Part shown: piece after piece, positions 28,833-39,790 of the stretch
Position numbering within the stretch: position 1 is the first letter of the stretch
How the letters are laid out: every line of letters starts with the position of its first letter
DNA from: Longimicrobiales bacterium
GTDB taxonomy: Bacteria > Gemmatimonadota > Gemmatimonadetes > Longimicrobiales > Gaopeijiaceae
Assembly (NCBI GenBank): GCA_041690395.1
Contig: JAWLHJ010000004.1
Span: 160,001 to 224,000 of the forward strand
Direction of reading: 5' to 3'
DNA: 64,000 nt
Translations under genes and position numbers: made by a program
Notes under the pieces: generated by a model
Database searches by the model: none
Told to the model about the DNA's origin: nothing
Seen by the model: only the letters and a program-made list of their open reading frames with translations

Positions 28833-29438
28833 TCAGCGCGTCGGGTCGATCGGGCGCAGGCCCCCGAAGTCGTAGCGCCACCCCAGCTGCTCGAAGAGCC
28901 GCAGGAGGGCGTCCACCGGAAGCCCGACGATGGAGTAGTAGTCACCCTCGACGCCCTCCACCAGGGCCGCGCCCAGGCCCTGGATCCCGTAGGCCCCGGC
29001 CTTGTCCATGGGCTCTCCGGTAGCGACGTAGCGTCGCGCGATGTCACGGTCGAAGGTTCGGAAGCGCACACTCGTCCGGGTCAGCGCGTCGACCGCGCGG
29101 TCCTCTCCGGCCACCGCGAGCCCGCTCAGCACCTGGTGTGTCTTGCCGGCGAGCGACATCAACATGGCCACCGCCTCGTCGAGGTCGGCCGGCTTACCGA
29201 GGACCTCGCCGTCGAGGACCACCACGGTATCGCCCGCGATCACGAGGGCGTCGGGCACGGACTCGAGCACGCGCGCCGCCTTCTCCCGGGCCAGGCGCCG
29301 AACGTGCTCACCCGGTTCCTCCCCGGGAAGGAGCCGCTCGTCCACATCCGCCGGACGCACCTCCGGATCGAGACCGAGCTGCCTCAGGATGTCACGCCTG
29401 CGCGGAGAAGCCGAGGCCAGCACCAGGCGGGGCGGCAT
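28833..29438 (-). CDS. maf: Maf-family nucleoside triphosphate pyrophosphatase
   Basis: LASASPRR, GDTVV, LGKP and DKAGAYGIQG motifs. Confidence 0.94.
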   Translation of the reverse strand: MPPRLVLASASPRRRDILRQLGLDPEVRPADVDERLLPGEEPGEHVRRLAREKAARVLESVPDALVIAGDTVVVLDGEVLGKPADLDEAVAMLMSLAGKTHQVLSGLAVAGEDRAVDALTRTSVRFRTFDRDIARRYVATGEPMDKAGAYGIQGLGAALVEGVEGDYYSIVGLPVDALLRLFEQLGWRYDFGGLRPIDPTR

Positions 29439-29875
29439 CAGCGCTCGAGCATCAGCGTGACCGGCCCGTCGTTGACGAGCTCCACGTCCATCATGGCGCC
29501 GAACACGCCCGTCTCGACCGGCACGCCCCGTTCCCGCAGTAAGTCGACGAAGCGCTCGTAGAGGGGCACCGCGAGGTCCGGGTCGGCCGCGTCCACGAAG
29601 CTCGGCCGGCGTCCCTTCCGGGTGTCGCCGTAGAGCGTGAACTGGCTCACCACGAGGAGCTCCCCGCCCACGTCCTCGAGCGAGAGGTTCATGCGGCCCT
29701 CCTCGTCCGGGAACACCCGGAGGCCGAGAACCTTGTCCGCCATCCAACGGAGAGCGTCCTCGTCGTCTCCGTCGGTGAAACCGACGAGGAGGAGGTGGCC
29801 GCGCCCGACGCGGCCGACGACCTCTCCGTCGACCCGCACTTCCGCCCGCGACACCCGCTGGAGCAGGACCCTCAC
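29438..29875 (-). CDS. dtd: D-aminoacyl-tRNA deacylase
   Basis: LQRV, VSQFTL, GRRPSF and NDGPVT motifs. Confidence 0.96.
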   Translation of the reverse strand: MRVLLQRVSRAEVRVDGEVVGRVGRGHLLLVGFTDGDDEDALRWMADKVLGLRVFPDEEGRMNLSLEDVGGELLVVSQFTLYGDTRKGRRPSFVDAADPDLAVPLYERFVDLLRERGVPVETGVFGAMMDVELVNDGPVTLMLER

Positions 29876-31710
29876 TCGACCGTGACGGACTTCGCGAGGT
29901 TGCGGGGCTGGTCGACGTCCGCGCCCTTGAGCACGGCCATGTGGTAGGCGAGGAGCTGGAGCGGCACCGTGGTGAGGACCGGCAGCAGGCTCGGGATCGT
30001 CTGGGGGACCCGGATCATGTGATCCACCTTCCCCTGGAGCTCCGGCGCGTCGTCGCTCACCACGGCGATGATCCGTCCGTGGCGCGCCTTCACCTCCTCG
30101 ATGTTCGACACGACCTTCTGGTAGACCGGATCCCGGGGGGCCAGGACCACGACCGGCATGTCCTCGTCGATGAGCGCGATGGGTCCGTGCTTCATCTCGG
30201 CGGCGGGGTACCCCTCCGCGTGGATGTAGCTGACTTCCTTGAGCTTGAGCGCGCCCTCGAGCGCCACCGGGAACTGGTAGCCGCGCCCGAGATACAGGAA
30301 GTTGCGCGCCGTCTGGTAGGCCTCGGCCAGAGCCCGGATCTCGTCGTTCAGCGCGAGCACCTCCTCGACCTGTCCGGGGAGCGCCTTCAACGCCTGCACC
30401 ATCTCACGTCCCTGGAGCACCGAGAGGTGCCGGCGGCGCCCCATGTAGAGGGTGAAGAGGGCGAGCGCGGCGATCTGGCTCGTGAACGCCTTGGTCGACG
30501 CCACGCCGATCTCGGGACCCGCGTGCAGGTAGATGCCGAAGTCGGTCTCGCGGGCGATCGTCGAGCCGACCGCGTTGACGATGCCCATCGTCGTGATTCC
30601 CCGCTGCTCGGCCTCCTTGAGCGCGGCCAGGGTGTCGGCCGTCTCGCCGGACTGGCTGATCGCCAACGCGAGCGTGCCCTCCTCCAGGACCGGGTTCCGG
30701 TAGCGGAACTCCGATGCGTACTCGACCGTCACCGGGATGCGGGCGAAGTCCTCGATCATGTACTCGCCGACGAGCCCGGCGTGCCAGCTGGTGCCGCAAG
30801 CCGTCACCACCACCCGGCGCACCTGACCGAGCTGGAACTGATGCTGGGCGATGCCGCCGAGGCGCGCGTCACCTTCGTCCTCGAGGAGCCGGCCGCGCAT
30901 GACGTCTCGCAGGCTGTTGGGCTGCTCGAAGATCTCCTTCAGCATGAAGTGCTCGTAACCACCCTTCTCGATGGCGTCGAGGTCCCAGGTCACCTCGTGC
31001 ACGTGCCGCGTGACCTCGGTCCCCTCGAGCTGGTACGTCCGGTAGCCGCCCGGCTCGAGCACCGCGTAGTCGCCGTCGTCGAGGTAGACCACGTCCCGGG
31101 TGTGGGCGACCACGGCGGCGGCGTCGGAGCCGGCGAGCATCTCCCCGTTCCGGCCCACGCCGATGAGGAGCGGGCTACCGTTACGCGCGACGACGATCTT
31201 CCCGGGATCCCGGGTGGACACCACCGCGATCCCGTAGGCTCCCTCGATCTCCCGCAGCGCGGAAGCCACGGCGTCTTCGAGCGGCATGCCGTCGAGCCAC
31301 AGATGGTCGATCAGGTGGACGACCACCTCGGTGTCCGTGTCCGAAGCGAACGTGTAGCCCTCCTGCAGCAGATGTGCCTTGAGCGCATCGGCGTTCTCGA
31401 TGATGCCGTTGTGCACCAGTGCGATCCGCCCGTCGGTCGACGTGTGGGGGTGCGCGTTCGGCTCGTTCGGCGCACCGTGGGTGGCCCAGCGGGTGTGCGC
31501 GATGCCGCAGGTTGCATGGGAAGGTGCAGATCGCAGGGCCTCCTCTAGGGCGCGGATCTTCCCCGGACGCTTGACCACGTGGACCGCCTCGCTGCCGTTG
31601 AGCAGCGCCACGCCCGCGGAGTCGTACCCCCGGTACTCGAGGCGCTTGAGCCCTTGCAGCAGGATGGGCGTCGCGTCCTTGGACCCCACGTAACCGACGA
31701 TACCGCACAT
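29872..31710 (-). CDS. glmS: Glutamine--fructose-6-phosphate aminotransferase
   Basis: [23 protein letters not shown] and [11 protein letters not shown] motifs. Confidence 0.98.
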   Translation of the reverse strand: MCGIVGYVGSKDATPILLQGLKRLEYRGYDSAGVALLNGSEAVHVVKRPGKIRALEEALRSAPSHATCGIAHTRWATHGAPNEPNAHPHTSTDGRIALVHNGIIENADALKAHLLQEGYTFASDTDTEVVVHLIDHLWLDGMPLEDAVASALREIEGAYGIAVVSTRDPGKIVVARNGSPLLIGVGRNGEMLAGSDAAAVVAHTRDVVYLDDGDYAVLEPGGYRTYQLEGTEVTRHVHEVTWDLDAIEKGGYEHFMLKEIFEQPNSLRDVMRGRLLEDEGDARLGGIAQHQFQLGQVRRVVVTACGTSWHAGLVGEYMIEDFARIPVTVEYASEFRYRNPVLEEGTLALAISQSGETADTLAALKEAEQRGITTMGIVNAVGSTIARETDFGIYLHAGPEIGVASTKAFTSQIAALALFTLYMGRRRHLSVLQGREMVQALKALPGQVEEVLALNDEIRALAEAYQTARNFLYLGRGYQFPVALEGALKLKEVSYIHAEGYPAAEMKHGPIALIDEDMPVVVLAPRDPVYQKVVSNIEEVKARHGRIIAVVSDDAPELQGKVDHMIRVPQTIPSLLPVLTTVPLQLLAYHMAVLKGADVDQPRNLAKSVTVE

Positions 31711-31744
31711 ACTTGTTCTCCCTGGCTATCCGCTCGAGATTCCC

Positions 31745-33127
31745 TCAGCGCACCCCGGCCAGCAGGTCGCTGGCTCGACGCACCAACGCCCGGGCGCCGG
31801 AGGCGTCCGAGGCTTCGGCGATCAGGCGCACGACCGGCTCGGTGCCGGAAGGTCTTACGTGCAGCCAAGCGCCACGCTTAGGCCATGCAAGTCGGAGGCC
31901 ATCGGCGTCGTCCCGTTCTTCGGCCTCCATGTCCTCCTCGAGCGCGCGATACGCGTCGTCGAGCGACTCCCGCGGAAAGGAGACCTTCTCCTTCACGATC
32001 GCGTAGCTCGGCCAGCGATCGGCGAGACCCGACGGCGTGCCTCCCTCGTCGGCGAGGTGCTGGAGGATGAGGGCCACGGCGAGCGGAGCGTCCCGCGTGT
32101 GGTGGAGCGCCGGCAGGATCACCCCACCGTTCCCTTCCCCACCGACCACGGCTCCCTCCGCCTGCATGCGCCGGGCGACGTTGACCTCCCCGACCGGCGC
32201 CCGGACGAGAGGCACGTCGAACGAGCGGGCCACGTCCTCGACGACCTGGCTCGTGGAAAGGTTGGTGACCACGGGGCCCGGCGTGCGGGCCAGCACGGCC
32301 GCCGCCGCGAGCGCGAGCGTCAGGTCCTCTCCCATCGCCTCGCCGTTCTCGTCGACGAGCGAGAGTCGGTCCACGTCCGGATCGATTCCGAGCCCGATCG
32401 CCGCCCCGCTTTCGCGCACCAGCTCTCCGAGGTCGCGCAGGTTGTCGGCCGTCGGCTCGGGGTCGCGTGGGAAGCGCCCGTCGGGCTCCATGCCGATCCC
32501 GACGACGTCGCAGCCGAGGGCCTCGAGCAAATCCCGAACGGGAGGCCCGCCGGCGCCGTGCACGCAATCCACGGCGACCTTGAACCGCTTCTCGCGGATG
32601 CGGTTCACCTCGATCACCTCCATCTCGAGGATGCGCTGGAGGTGCCGGGCCCAGGCCTCGTCGTCGGTGCTCACCCGCCCGATCCCGTCCCACGGAGCGC
32701 GCGGAGGGTCTTCGCTGCGCAGGAAGTCCAGGAACGCCTTCGACCGATCCGCGTCCAGGAAGATTCCCTCCTCGGAGACCAGCTTCAACGCGTTCCACTC
32801 CGCCGGGTTGTGGCTCGCCGTGATCCCCAGCGCCCCGGCGGCGCCCCGGTCCTCTACCGCCAGCAGGAGCGTGGGGGTCGGTACCACGCCGAGGTCCACG
32901 ACGTCGCATCCCACGGATTGTAGCCCGGCGATCACGGCCCGGGAGAACATCGGCCCGGAGGTCCGGGAATCGCGCCCGACGAAGACCGGAGCCTTCCGAT
33001 CGCGCGTCATGAACGCGCCGAACGCCGCCGCCACGCCGGCCATGAGCTCGGGAGTGAGGGGAGCGCCCACGCGTCCGCGGACACCGGACACGCTAACCAT
33101 GAGGTCGTCGGGAAGCTGGATCGGCAC
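31745..33127 (-). CDS. glmM: Phosphoglucosamine mutase (alpha-D-phosphohexomutase family)
   Basis: ITASHNP, DPDVDR, GGEGNG and RPSGTEP motifs; directly upstream of glmS. Confidence 0.85.
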   Translation of the reverse strand: MPIQLPDDLMVSVSGVRGRVGAPLTPELMAGVAAAFGAFMTRDRKAPVFVGRDSRTSGPMFSRAVIAGLQSVGCDVVDLGVVPTPTLLLAVEDRGAAGALGITASHNPAEWNALKLVSEEGIFLDADRSKAFLDFLRSEDPPRAPWDGIGRVSTDDEAWARHLQRILEMEVIEVNRIREKRFKVAVDCVHGAGGPPVRDLLEALGCDVVGIGMEPDGRFPRDPEPTADNLRDLGELVRESGAAIGLGIDPDVDRLSLVDENGEAMGEDLTLALAAAAVLARTPGPVVTNLSTSQVVEDVARSFDVPLVRAPVGEVNVARRMQAEGAVVGGEGNGGVILPALHHTRDAPLAVALILQHLADEGGTPSGLADRWPSYAIVKEKVSFPRESLDDAYRALEEDMEAEERDDADGLRLAWPKRGAWLHVRPSGTEPVVRLIAEASDASGARALVRRASDLLAGVR

Positions 33128-33320
33128 GAAGGGGTTTCTCGGGAACGAGGATCAGGGGCCGGGGGGAGCCCGGAGCGCCCGGAGCGGGGCTGCCCGAAGT
33201 TCGCCCCCCCGCCGCCGGAGCGTCAACGGAATCGCCCGGACGCGGTGGCGCTCGGTTCCGGGATCCTTCTAGATTCGGCCTCCTCGACGCCTATCACGCC
33301 TTCAGAGAAGGACTTCGCAC

Positions 33321-34484
33321 ATGGCCGATCAGCCAAAGGGCAGCTTCCGCTTCGACACGCTGGCGATCCACGCCGGAGCGCGCCCCGAGCCGGTCACCGG
33401 GGCGATCATGACCCCCATCTTCCAGACCTCGACCTACGTGCAGCCGGCGGTCGGCGAGCCGCTCCAGGGATCGTACGACTACGGGCGCACGGCCAACCCG
33501 ACCCGCGAGGCGCTCGAGGAGAACATCGCGGCGCTCGAGGGAGGGACGCGGGGCGTGGCGTTCGCGTCCGGGCTCGCCGCGATCGAGGCCGTCCTGAAGC
33601 GTCTGTCCGCCGGCGACCACGTCGTCAGCGAAGAGAACACCTACGGCGGCACGACCCGCATGTTCAACCACGTGCTGAGCCGGTTCGGGATCGAGTTCAC
33701 CTACGTCGACTCCCGGGACCTCGAAGCGGTGGCGGCGGCCATGCGGCCGAACACCAGGCTGGTGCATATCGAGACCCCGACGAACCCGATGATGCGGGTG
33801 AGCGACATCCGGGCGCTCGCCGATCTCGCGCACGCGAACGGCGCGCTTCTGTCGGTGGACAACACCTTCGCCTCGCCCTACAACCAGCGCCCCCTGGAGC
33901 TCGGCGCCGACTTCACCGTGCACTCGGCGACCAAGTACATCAACGGGCACTCGGACGTCATCGGGGGGCTCCTCGCGGTTCGTGACGAGGCGCTCGCCGA
34001 CGAGATCATGTTCATCCGCAAGTCGACGGGAGCCGTGCCCGGACCGATGGACTGCTTCCTCACGCTGCGTGGCGCGAAGACGCTGGCGGTGCGCATGCGG
34101 CAGCACAACGACAACGGCATGGCCGTCGCGCGCTTCCTCGAGGGGCACGCCAAGGTGGACCGGGTGCTCTATCCCGGGCTCGAGTCCCATCCGGACCACG
34201 AGCTCGCCAAGGCCCAGATGCTCGGCTTCACCGGGATGGTATCGGTCGACGTGGGGACGCTGGAGCGGGCCAAGGCGCTCACCGAGCACCTCCGTGTCTT
34301 CTCGCTCGCGGAGAGCCTGGGCGGGATCGAATCGCTGATCAGCGTGCCGGCGCTCATGACGCACGCTTCGGTGCCCGAGGACCGCCGCATGGAGATGGGG
34401 GTCACCCCGGGGCTGGTCCGGCTCTCCGTGGGCATCGAGGACATCGACGACATCATCGAGGACCTGGACAGGGTATTGGGATGA
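33321..34484 (+). CDS. Cystathionine gamma-synthase/lyase (Cys/Met PLP family)
   Basis: PIFQTSTY, ETPTNP, DNTFAS, PLP lysine in SATKYINGHSD, AESLGG. Confidence 0.92.
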   Translation: MADQPKGSFRFDTLAIHAGARPEPVTGAIMTPIFQTSTYVQPAVGEPLQGSYDYGRTANPTREALEENIAALEGGTRGVAFASGLAAIEAVLKRLSAGDHVVSEENTYGGTTRMFNHVLSRFGIEFTYVDSRDLEAVAAAMRPNTRLVHIETPTNPMMRVSDIRALADLAHANGALLSVDNTFASPYNQRPLELGADFTVHSATKYINGHSDVIGGLLAVRDEALADEIMFIRKSTGAVPGPMDCFLTLRGAKTLAVRMRQHNDNGMAVARFLEGHAKVDRVLYPGLESHPDHELAKAQMLGFTGMVSVDVGTLERAKALTEHLRVFSLAESLGGIESLISVPALMTHASVPEDRRMEMGVTPGLVRLSVGIEDIDDIIEDLDRVLG

Positions 34485-34560
34485 GGCGCGCGGCGGAGGG
34501 AGGATCGACGACCGGAGGAGGGACGGTCCGGGGCCGGATCGCCCGGCGGCTCCCCCCTGA

Positions 34561-34589
34561 TGAAACCGCGGCCCGCCCGCCCGCGTAGG
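34561..34589 (+). promoter_or_regulatory. ECF-type promoter (copy 1)
   Basis: TGAAAC-N17-CGTAGG upstream of the M48 peptidase. Confidence 0.65.
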
Positions 34590-34627
34590 ACCCCGTATCC
34601 GAGACCCCGCCAGGAGCGTTACGAGAC

Positions 34628-35632
34628 ATGAGCGACCAGAACGGCCCGACCGACGATACCCGCTCCGGAAACGCCGGCGCGAAGCGCATCCTGACCGGCA
34701 TCGCGCCGCGTGCCTGGGAGCACCCGGCGGACAAGGCCGCGCTCCAGGCGCTCCGTCGCGTGCCCGTCTTCGACGAAGTGCTCCGTAAGGTGTTCGGCTT
34801 CTTCGGGGAGAAGCCCATCCGGCTCGCCTTCCAGGCGAACGCCGTCCAGGTCGGGCCGAACCAGTTCCCGAGGATCCACGCGAGCTACCTCGAGTGCCTG
34901 AAGACCCTCGACGCGCCCGAGGAGTACCCGCTCTTCGTCTCGCAGACACCCCTCGTGAACGCCGGCGCGTACGGGATGTCCCAGCCGTTCATCATCCTCA
35001 ACTCGGGGACGGTCCGCCTCCTCGACGACGACGAGCTCTCCTACGTCATCGGGCACGAGATCGGGCACATCCTGAGCGACCACGTGCTTTACCGCACGAT
35101 GACCGTGTTGCTGATCAACCTGGCGAACATGGGCTTCCCGATCGTCGGGCTGGCGGCCCGTGCCGTGCTGGTCGCGCTGCTCGAATGGTCGAGGAAGGCC
35201 GAGCTCACCGCGGACCGCGCGGGGCTTCTCGCCATCCAGAATCCCGAGAGGGTCATGCACGGGATGATGAAGATGGCCGGCGGCGGGACGAACGCGGAGA
35301 CGAACCTCCAGGCCTTCATCAACCAGGCCGACGAGTATCGCGAGAGCGGCGACGTCGCGGACCAGGTCTTCAAGGTCCTGAACCTCGTGTTCCAGACCCA
35401 CCCCTTCTACGTGCTCCGCGTGAGCGAGCTGAGGAGCTGGATCGAGGCGGGCGACTACGACCGGATCCTCCGGGGCGAGTACCCGAGGGCGGACGAGCCC
35501 AACCCCACGTACGACCAGGACCTCCGGGACGCGGCCAAGGCCTACAGCGAAGAGGCCCGGGACTTCCTCGACGTGCTGGGCGACGCGGCGAAGCGCATGG
35601 GCTCCGACTTCATGGGCGGTCTCCGTCGCTGA
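34628..35632 (+). CDS. M48 (HtpX/Ste24-like) zinc metallopeptidase
   Basis: HEIGH zinc motif, WSRKAELTADR, THP. Confidence 0.88.
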   Translation: MSDQNGPTDDTRSGNAGAKRILTGIAPRAWEHPADKAALQALRRVPVFDEVLRKVFGFFGEKPIRLAFQANAVQVGPNQFPRIHASYLECLKTLDAPEEYPLFVSQTPLVNAGAYGMSQPFIILNSGTVRLLDDDELSYVIGHEIGHILSDHVLYRTMTVLLINLANMGFPIVGLAARAVLVALLEWSRKAELTADRAGLLAIQNPERVMHGMMKMAGGGTNAETNLQAFINQADEYRESGDVADQVFKVLNLVFQTHPFYVLRVSELRSWIEAGDYDRILRGEYPRADEPNPTYDQDLRDAAKAYSEEARDFLDVLGDAAKRMGSDFMGGLRR

Positions 35633-35638
35633 TGCTCC

Positions 35639-35668
35639 GGGCGCGGCGCCGCTCCGCCCCTTTTCTTT
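35639..35668 (+). terminator. Possible rho-independent terminator
   Basis: GC stem GGGCG...CGCCC followed by TTTTCTTT. Confidence 0.5.
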
Positions 35669-35695
35669 CCGGGTCGGGCATGTAGACTCCGCGCC

Positions 35696-36982
35696 ATGCG
35701 CATTCTGATCGTAGGAAACGGAGGGCGTGAGCACGCCCTGCTCTGGAAGCTGCGGCGGGACGCTCCCGACGCCGAGTTCTTCGTAACGCGGCCGAACGGC
35801 GGCATGGTCGGCACGTGCCAGCCCGTCGACCTGGCGCCGAGCGACGTCGAGGGGCTCGCCGCCTGGGCCGAGGCCCGACGGATCGACCTGACCGTCGTCG
35901 GGCCGGAGGCCCCCCTCGCCGCCGGCATCGTCGACCGCTTCGAGGCGCGGGGACTCCGTGCCTTCGGTCCGAGCGCCCGGGCGGCCCGCATCGAGTCGAG
36001 CAAGGCCTACGCGAAAGCGCTCATGCGCGACGCTGGCATTCCCACGGCCGACCACCGCACCTTCACGAGCGCCGACGAAGCGAAGGCCTACGTGCGCGAG
36101 CGCGGGGCGCCGATCGTGGTGAAGGCCTCCGGGCTGGCGGCCGGCAAGGGAGCCGTGGTGTGCGAGACCGTCGACGAAGCGACCGAGGCCGTGGACGCGA
36201 TGCTGGCCGAGGGCGCGTTCGGCTCGGCGGGCGAGAAAGTCGTCGTCGAGGAGTTCATGCGGGGCGAGGAGCTCTCGGTGTTCGCCGTCACGGACGGCCG
36301 GAGCTTCACGCTCCTCGAGCCGTCCCAGGACCACAAGCGGGTCGGCGAAGGAGACACGGGCCCGAATACGGGTGGCATGGGTGCCTACGCGCCCGTCGCC
36401 ATGGCCGACGACGCCCTCCTCTCCGAGGCCGCTGAACGGATCATCGAGCCGACGTTGGCAGCGATGGCGGCGGACGGATCTACGTTCAAGGGGCTCCTCT
36501 ACGCCGGCCTCATGAAGACGGCCGAGGGCCTGAAGGTCGTGGAGTTCAACTGCCGTTTCGGCGACCCCGAGACTCAGGTCGTCCTCCCGCTGCTCGACGC
36601 CTCGCTACTCGACTTGATGACGCGCGTCGCGGAAGGCGGCACCCTCGAGCCGGGGAGGGCTCCGAGCCGTCCCGGGGCGGCCGTCACGACGGTCGTGGCG
36701 TCCGGTGGGTACCCTGGGCCTTACGAATCCGGAAAGCCGATCACCCTGCCTGCGGAGCTCGACAGGGACGACCTGATCGTCTTCCATGCAGGCACGAAGC
36801 TCGACGGGAGCGGCGCCCTGGTCACCTCCGGGGGGCGGGTGCTGGCCGTGACGGCACTGGCCCCGACCTTCGCGGAAGCAGCGGACGCGAGCAGGACCGC
36901 CGCCGGAAAGGTCGCCTTCGAGGGCGGGTTCTTCCGCGGCGACATCGGATGGAGAGAACGTCAACGTCAGGAGGGATCGTGA
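35696..36982 (+). CDS. purD: Phosphoribosylamine--glycine ligase
   Basis: [30 protein letters not shown] and [10 protein letters not shown]; -10 TAGACT 7 nt before the ATG suggests a leaderless mRNA. Confidence 0.97.
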   Translation: MRILIVGNGGREHALLWKLRRDAPDAEFFVTRPNGGMVGTCQPVDLAPSDVEGLAAWAEARRIDLTVVGPEAPLAAGIVDRFEARGLRAFGPSARAARIESSKAYAKALMRDAGIPTADHRTFTSADEAKAYVRERGAPIVVKASGLAAGKGAVVCETVDEATEAVDAMLAEGAFGSAGEKVVVEEFMRGEELSVFAVTDGRSFTLLEPSQDHKRVGEGDTGPNTGGMGAYAPVAMADDALLSEAAERIIEPTLAAMAADGSTFKGLLYAGLMKTAEGLKVVEFNCRFGDPETQVVLPLLDASLLDLMTRVAEGGTLEPGRAPSRPGAAVTTVVASGGYPGPYESGKPITLPAELDRDDLIVFHAGTKLDGSGALVTSGGRVLAVTALAPTFAEAADASRTAAGKVAFEGGFFRGDIGWRERQRQEGS

Positions 36983-37299
36983 TCGTCACCACCACCCCGT
37001 CCGTCGAGGGGCGCCCGGCCAGGGAATACCTCGGCATCGTCATGGGCGAAGCCATCATCGGCGCCAACATCTTCAAGGACTTCCTCGCCGGCGTGCGCGA
37101 CATCGTGGGCGGTCGGTCCCAGGCCTACGAGAAGGCACTCCGGGGCGCGCGGCAGGAAGCGCTGCGAGAGATGGCCAAGCGCGCGCAGGACCTCGGTGCC
37201 GACGCCGTTCTCTCGGTGGACCTCGATTACGAGATCATCGGCAAGGCCGGCAGCATGTTGATGGTGACCTGCGCCGGCACGGCGGTAAAGCTGGGCTGA
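36979..37299 (+). CDS. YbjQ/UPF0145 family protein
   Basis: MIVTTT, G(A)[14 protein letters not shown] and GTAV; GTG start overlaps the purD stop. Confidence 0.9.
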   Translation: MIVTTTPSVEGRPAREYLGIVMGEAIIGANIFKDFLAGVRDIVGGRSQAYEKALRGARQEALREMAKRAQDLGADAVLSVDLDYEIIGKAGSMLMVTCAGTAVKLG

Positions 37300-37320
37300 C
37301 AGCGCCCGCGCCGATCCCCC

Positions 37321-38175
37321 ATGCCAGAGCTACCCGAGGCGGAGACCATCGTGAGGGGCCTCCGCCCCCATGTCGTCGGTCGCGTCATCGAACGGATCGA
37401 CGTACTCCGCCCCGACGTGCTCCGCGAGGACGAGGCTTCGTTCCGTCGCTCTCTCGAGGGCCGGCGCTTCGACTCCGTCGAGCGCCGGGCGAAGAACGTG
37501 GTCGCGCCGCTGACCGGAAACCGGGTGCTGGCCGTGAACCTCGGCATGACCGGCCGGCTCCTCTTCTTCGCCGACCCGCCCGACGATGGCCGCGCGCCGA
37601 CCCATGCCGCCGTACGGTTTCACCTCGACGGGAACGCCCTGCTCGTGTTCGACGATGTCCGGAGGTTCGGCACGGTGGAAGCGCTCAGCCAGGAGGACTG
37701 GAAGGCGCGCTCCGAGCGCATGGGCCCGGAGCCGCTCGGCCGGGCGTTCACGGCCCGGTCGCTGCTCGACGGCCTCGGGCGATCCAGCTCGCCAGTGCGC
37801 AGCTGGCTGCTCGACCAGAGGCGCGTCGCCGGTGTCGGGAACATCTACGCCAACGAGGCACTCTATCACGCTGGTGTCGACCCACGGCGCCCGGCCCGAG
37901 ACGTCGGTGTCGACGAGGCGCGCAGGCTGCACCGCGCGCTCCGCGGGGTGCTGCGCAACGCGATCGAGGCGGGAGGAACCACGCTACGTGACTATCGAAC
38001 GGCGGATGGCGAGGAAGGCCGCTATGGGCGGGCGCTCTGGGTCTACGGCCGCGACGGCGAGCCCTGCGGCCGTTGTGGCGCCACCATCGAGCGCGTCGTG
38101 TTCGGCGGCCGCTCGGCCTTCGTCTGTCCCGGATGCCAGCCCGGCGAAGGTCGCGTGCCGATGGGCGCGGGGTAG
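37321..38175 (+). CDS. mutM: Formamidopyrimidine-DNA glycosylase
   Basis: MPELPE, LGMTG, GVGNIYANE, C-terminal CGRC...CPGC zinc finger. Confidence 0.96.
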   Translation: MPELPEAETIVRGLRPHVVGRVIERIDVLRPDVLREDEASFRRSLEGRRFDSVERRAKNVVAPLTGNRVLAVNLGMTGRLLFFADPPDDGRAPTHAAVRFHLDGNALLVFDDVRRFGTVEALSQEDWKARSERMGPEPLGRAFTARSLLDGLGRSSSPVRSWLLDQRRVAGVGNIYANEALYHAGVDPRRPARDVGVDEARRLHRALRGVLRNAIEAGGTTLRDYRTADGEEGRYGRALWVYGRDGEPCGRCGATIERVVFGGRSAFVCPGCQPGEGRVPMGAG

Positions 38176-38230
38176 GCGGCCCGTGAGCGGATCGCTCGCC
38201 CCCCGGGTGCCTCCATCGGGCCCACGCACG

Positions 38231-39790
38231 ATGGCCTCACGCCTGACTGTCTCTCGCCTGGTCGTGTCGTCCCTCGGCGTCGCGGCCCTGATGCTCGCGT
38301 CCGGCTGCGGGTCCGGGCCACGCGCTCCGGCCGCCCGGACCAGCGGCGTGCCCGCTCCGGCCGCGACCCTCGCTCCCAGTCCGGGCGAGCGCCTTCCCGT
38401 GCGCGAGGTCACCCTCGACAACGGGATGCGCTTCCTCATCCTGCCGCGCGACGGGGCACCCACCGTCTCGTTCGTGCTCCAGTTCGGCATCGGCGGCGTG
38501 CACGAGCGCGAGGGACAGACGGGCATCGCGCATCTCCTCGAGCACATGCTGTTCAAGGGCACGACCACCATCGGGACCCGGGACCTCGACGCGGAGCTCG
38601 CCTACTTCGACCGCATCGACTCGGTGCACGACACGCTGCTGGTCGCGCGTGCATCGGACGACACCACGGCGATCGAGCGGCTCTCGAAACGCATCGTCGA
38701 GCTCGAGGACTCGGCCCGCGCGTTCGTGGACAGCAACGCCTTCGACCGGATCCTCACCCGCGAAGGAGCGCAGGGCCTCAACGCCACGACGACGTCCGAG
38801 GCCACGATCTACTTCGTCGAGCTCCCGGCCAACCGCGCAGAGCTCTGGTTCGTGCTCGAGGCGGACCGTATGCGTGACCCGGTCTTCCGGGAGTTCTACA
38901 GCGAGCGGAGCGTGGTGCTCGAGGAGCGCCGCATGCGTGTCGACGCGAGCCCGGGCGGGACGCTCTACGAGCGCCACCTGGCCGAGGCGTTCAGGGTGCA
39001 TCCCTACGGCCAGCCCGTGGTCGGGCACATGCGCGACCTCGAGCGTATCTCCCGGCGGGACCTCGAGCACTATTTCAGCCGCTACTACACGCCCGACAAC
39101 ACCGTCGCCGCGATCGTCGGCGACATCGATCCGGACCACATGGAACGCCTCGCGCGCCGGTACTTCGGCGACATCGAGGCAGGCGAGCCGCCCCCGGCCG
39201 TGACTGCGGTGGAGCCGCCGCAACGGGAGGAGCGGCGGGTGGAAGTCGGCTGGGACGCCCAGCCCCTGCTCCGCATCGGCTGGCGCGTGCCGTCCCAACA
39301 GGACGACGAAGCCGTCGCGGTGACGGTCCTGTCGTCGCTCCTGACCGGGGGGAGGAGCTCGCGGCTGCACCGCCGCCTGGTCACGGAGGAGCGGGTCGCC
39401 ACGGGCGTGTTCAGCTCGGTCGGCCCGGGGAGCCGCTTTCCCGGCCTCCTCCAGATCGACGCCACGCCCAGGGCGCCCCATCCACCGGAGACCGTCGAGG
39501 CGCTGATCTACGAGGAGGTCGAGCGTCTCGCGCGCGAAGGGCCCAGCGAGCGCGAGCTGGAGCGGGTCCGGAACCAGGTGGCCGCGGGCGCCGTGCGACG
39601 GATGACGTCGAATCTGGGCCTGGCCTTCCAGCTCGCCGAGTCGACGTCACTCGAGGGCGACTGGCGCGAGACGTTCCGAGGCGCGGAGCGCCTGCGGGAG
39701 CTGACACGGGAGGACGTGCGCAAGGCTGCGGCCCGTTACCTGACGGAGCAGAACCGCACCGTCGCCGTGCTACGCCGGGAGGAGCCGTGA
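38231..39790 (+). CDS. M16 family zinc peptidase, catalytic subunit, probable lipoprotein
   Basis: HLLEH (HxxEH) motif, LNATT, HPYG; lipobox-like LASGC. Confidence 0.88.
   Translation: MASRLTVSRLVVSSLGVAALMLASGCGSGPRAPAARTSGVPAPAATLAPSPGERLPVREVTLDNGMRFLILPRDGAPTVSFVLQFGIGGVHEREGQTGIAHLLEHMLFKGTTTIGTRDLDAELAYFDRIDSVHDTLLVARASDDTTAIERLSKRIVELEDSARAFVDSNAFDRILTREGAQGLNATTTSEATIYFVELPANRAELWFVLEADRMRDPVFREFYSERSVVLEERRMRVDASPGGTLYERHLAEAFRVHPYGQPVVGHMRDLERISRRDLEHYFSRYYTPDNTVAAIVGDIDPDHMERLARRYFGDIEAGEPPPAVTAVEPPQREERRVEVGWDAQPLLRIGWRVPSQQDDEAVAVTVLSSLLTGGRSSRLHRRLVTEERVATGVFSSVGPGSRFPGLLQIDATPRAPHPPETVEALIYEEVERLAREGPSERELERVRNQVAAGAVRRMTSNLGLAFQLAESTSLEGDWRETFRGAERLRELTREDVRKAAARYLTEQNRTVAVLRREEP

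Noticed and set aside
31711..31744. glmS ribozyme
   Set aside because: Only 34 bp separate glmM and glmS, too little for the ribozyme.
33128..33320. SAM riboswitch ahead of the cystathionine gamma-synthase/lyase
   Set aside because: No SAM-I or SAM-II core motifs recognised; the region reads as divergent promoters.
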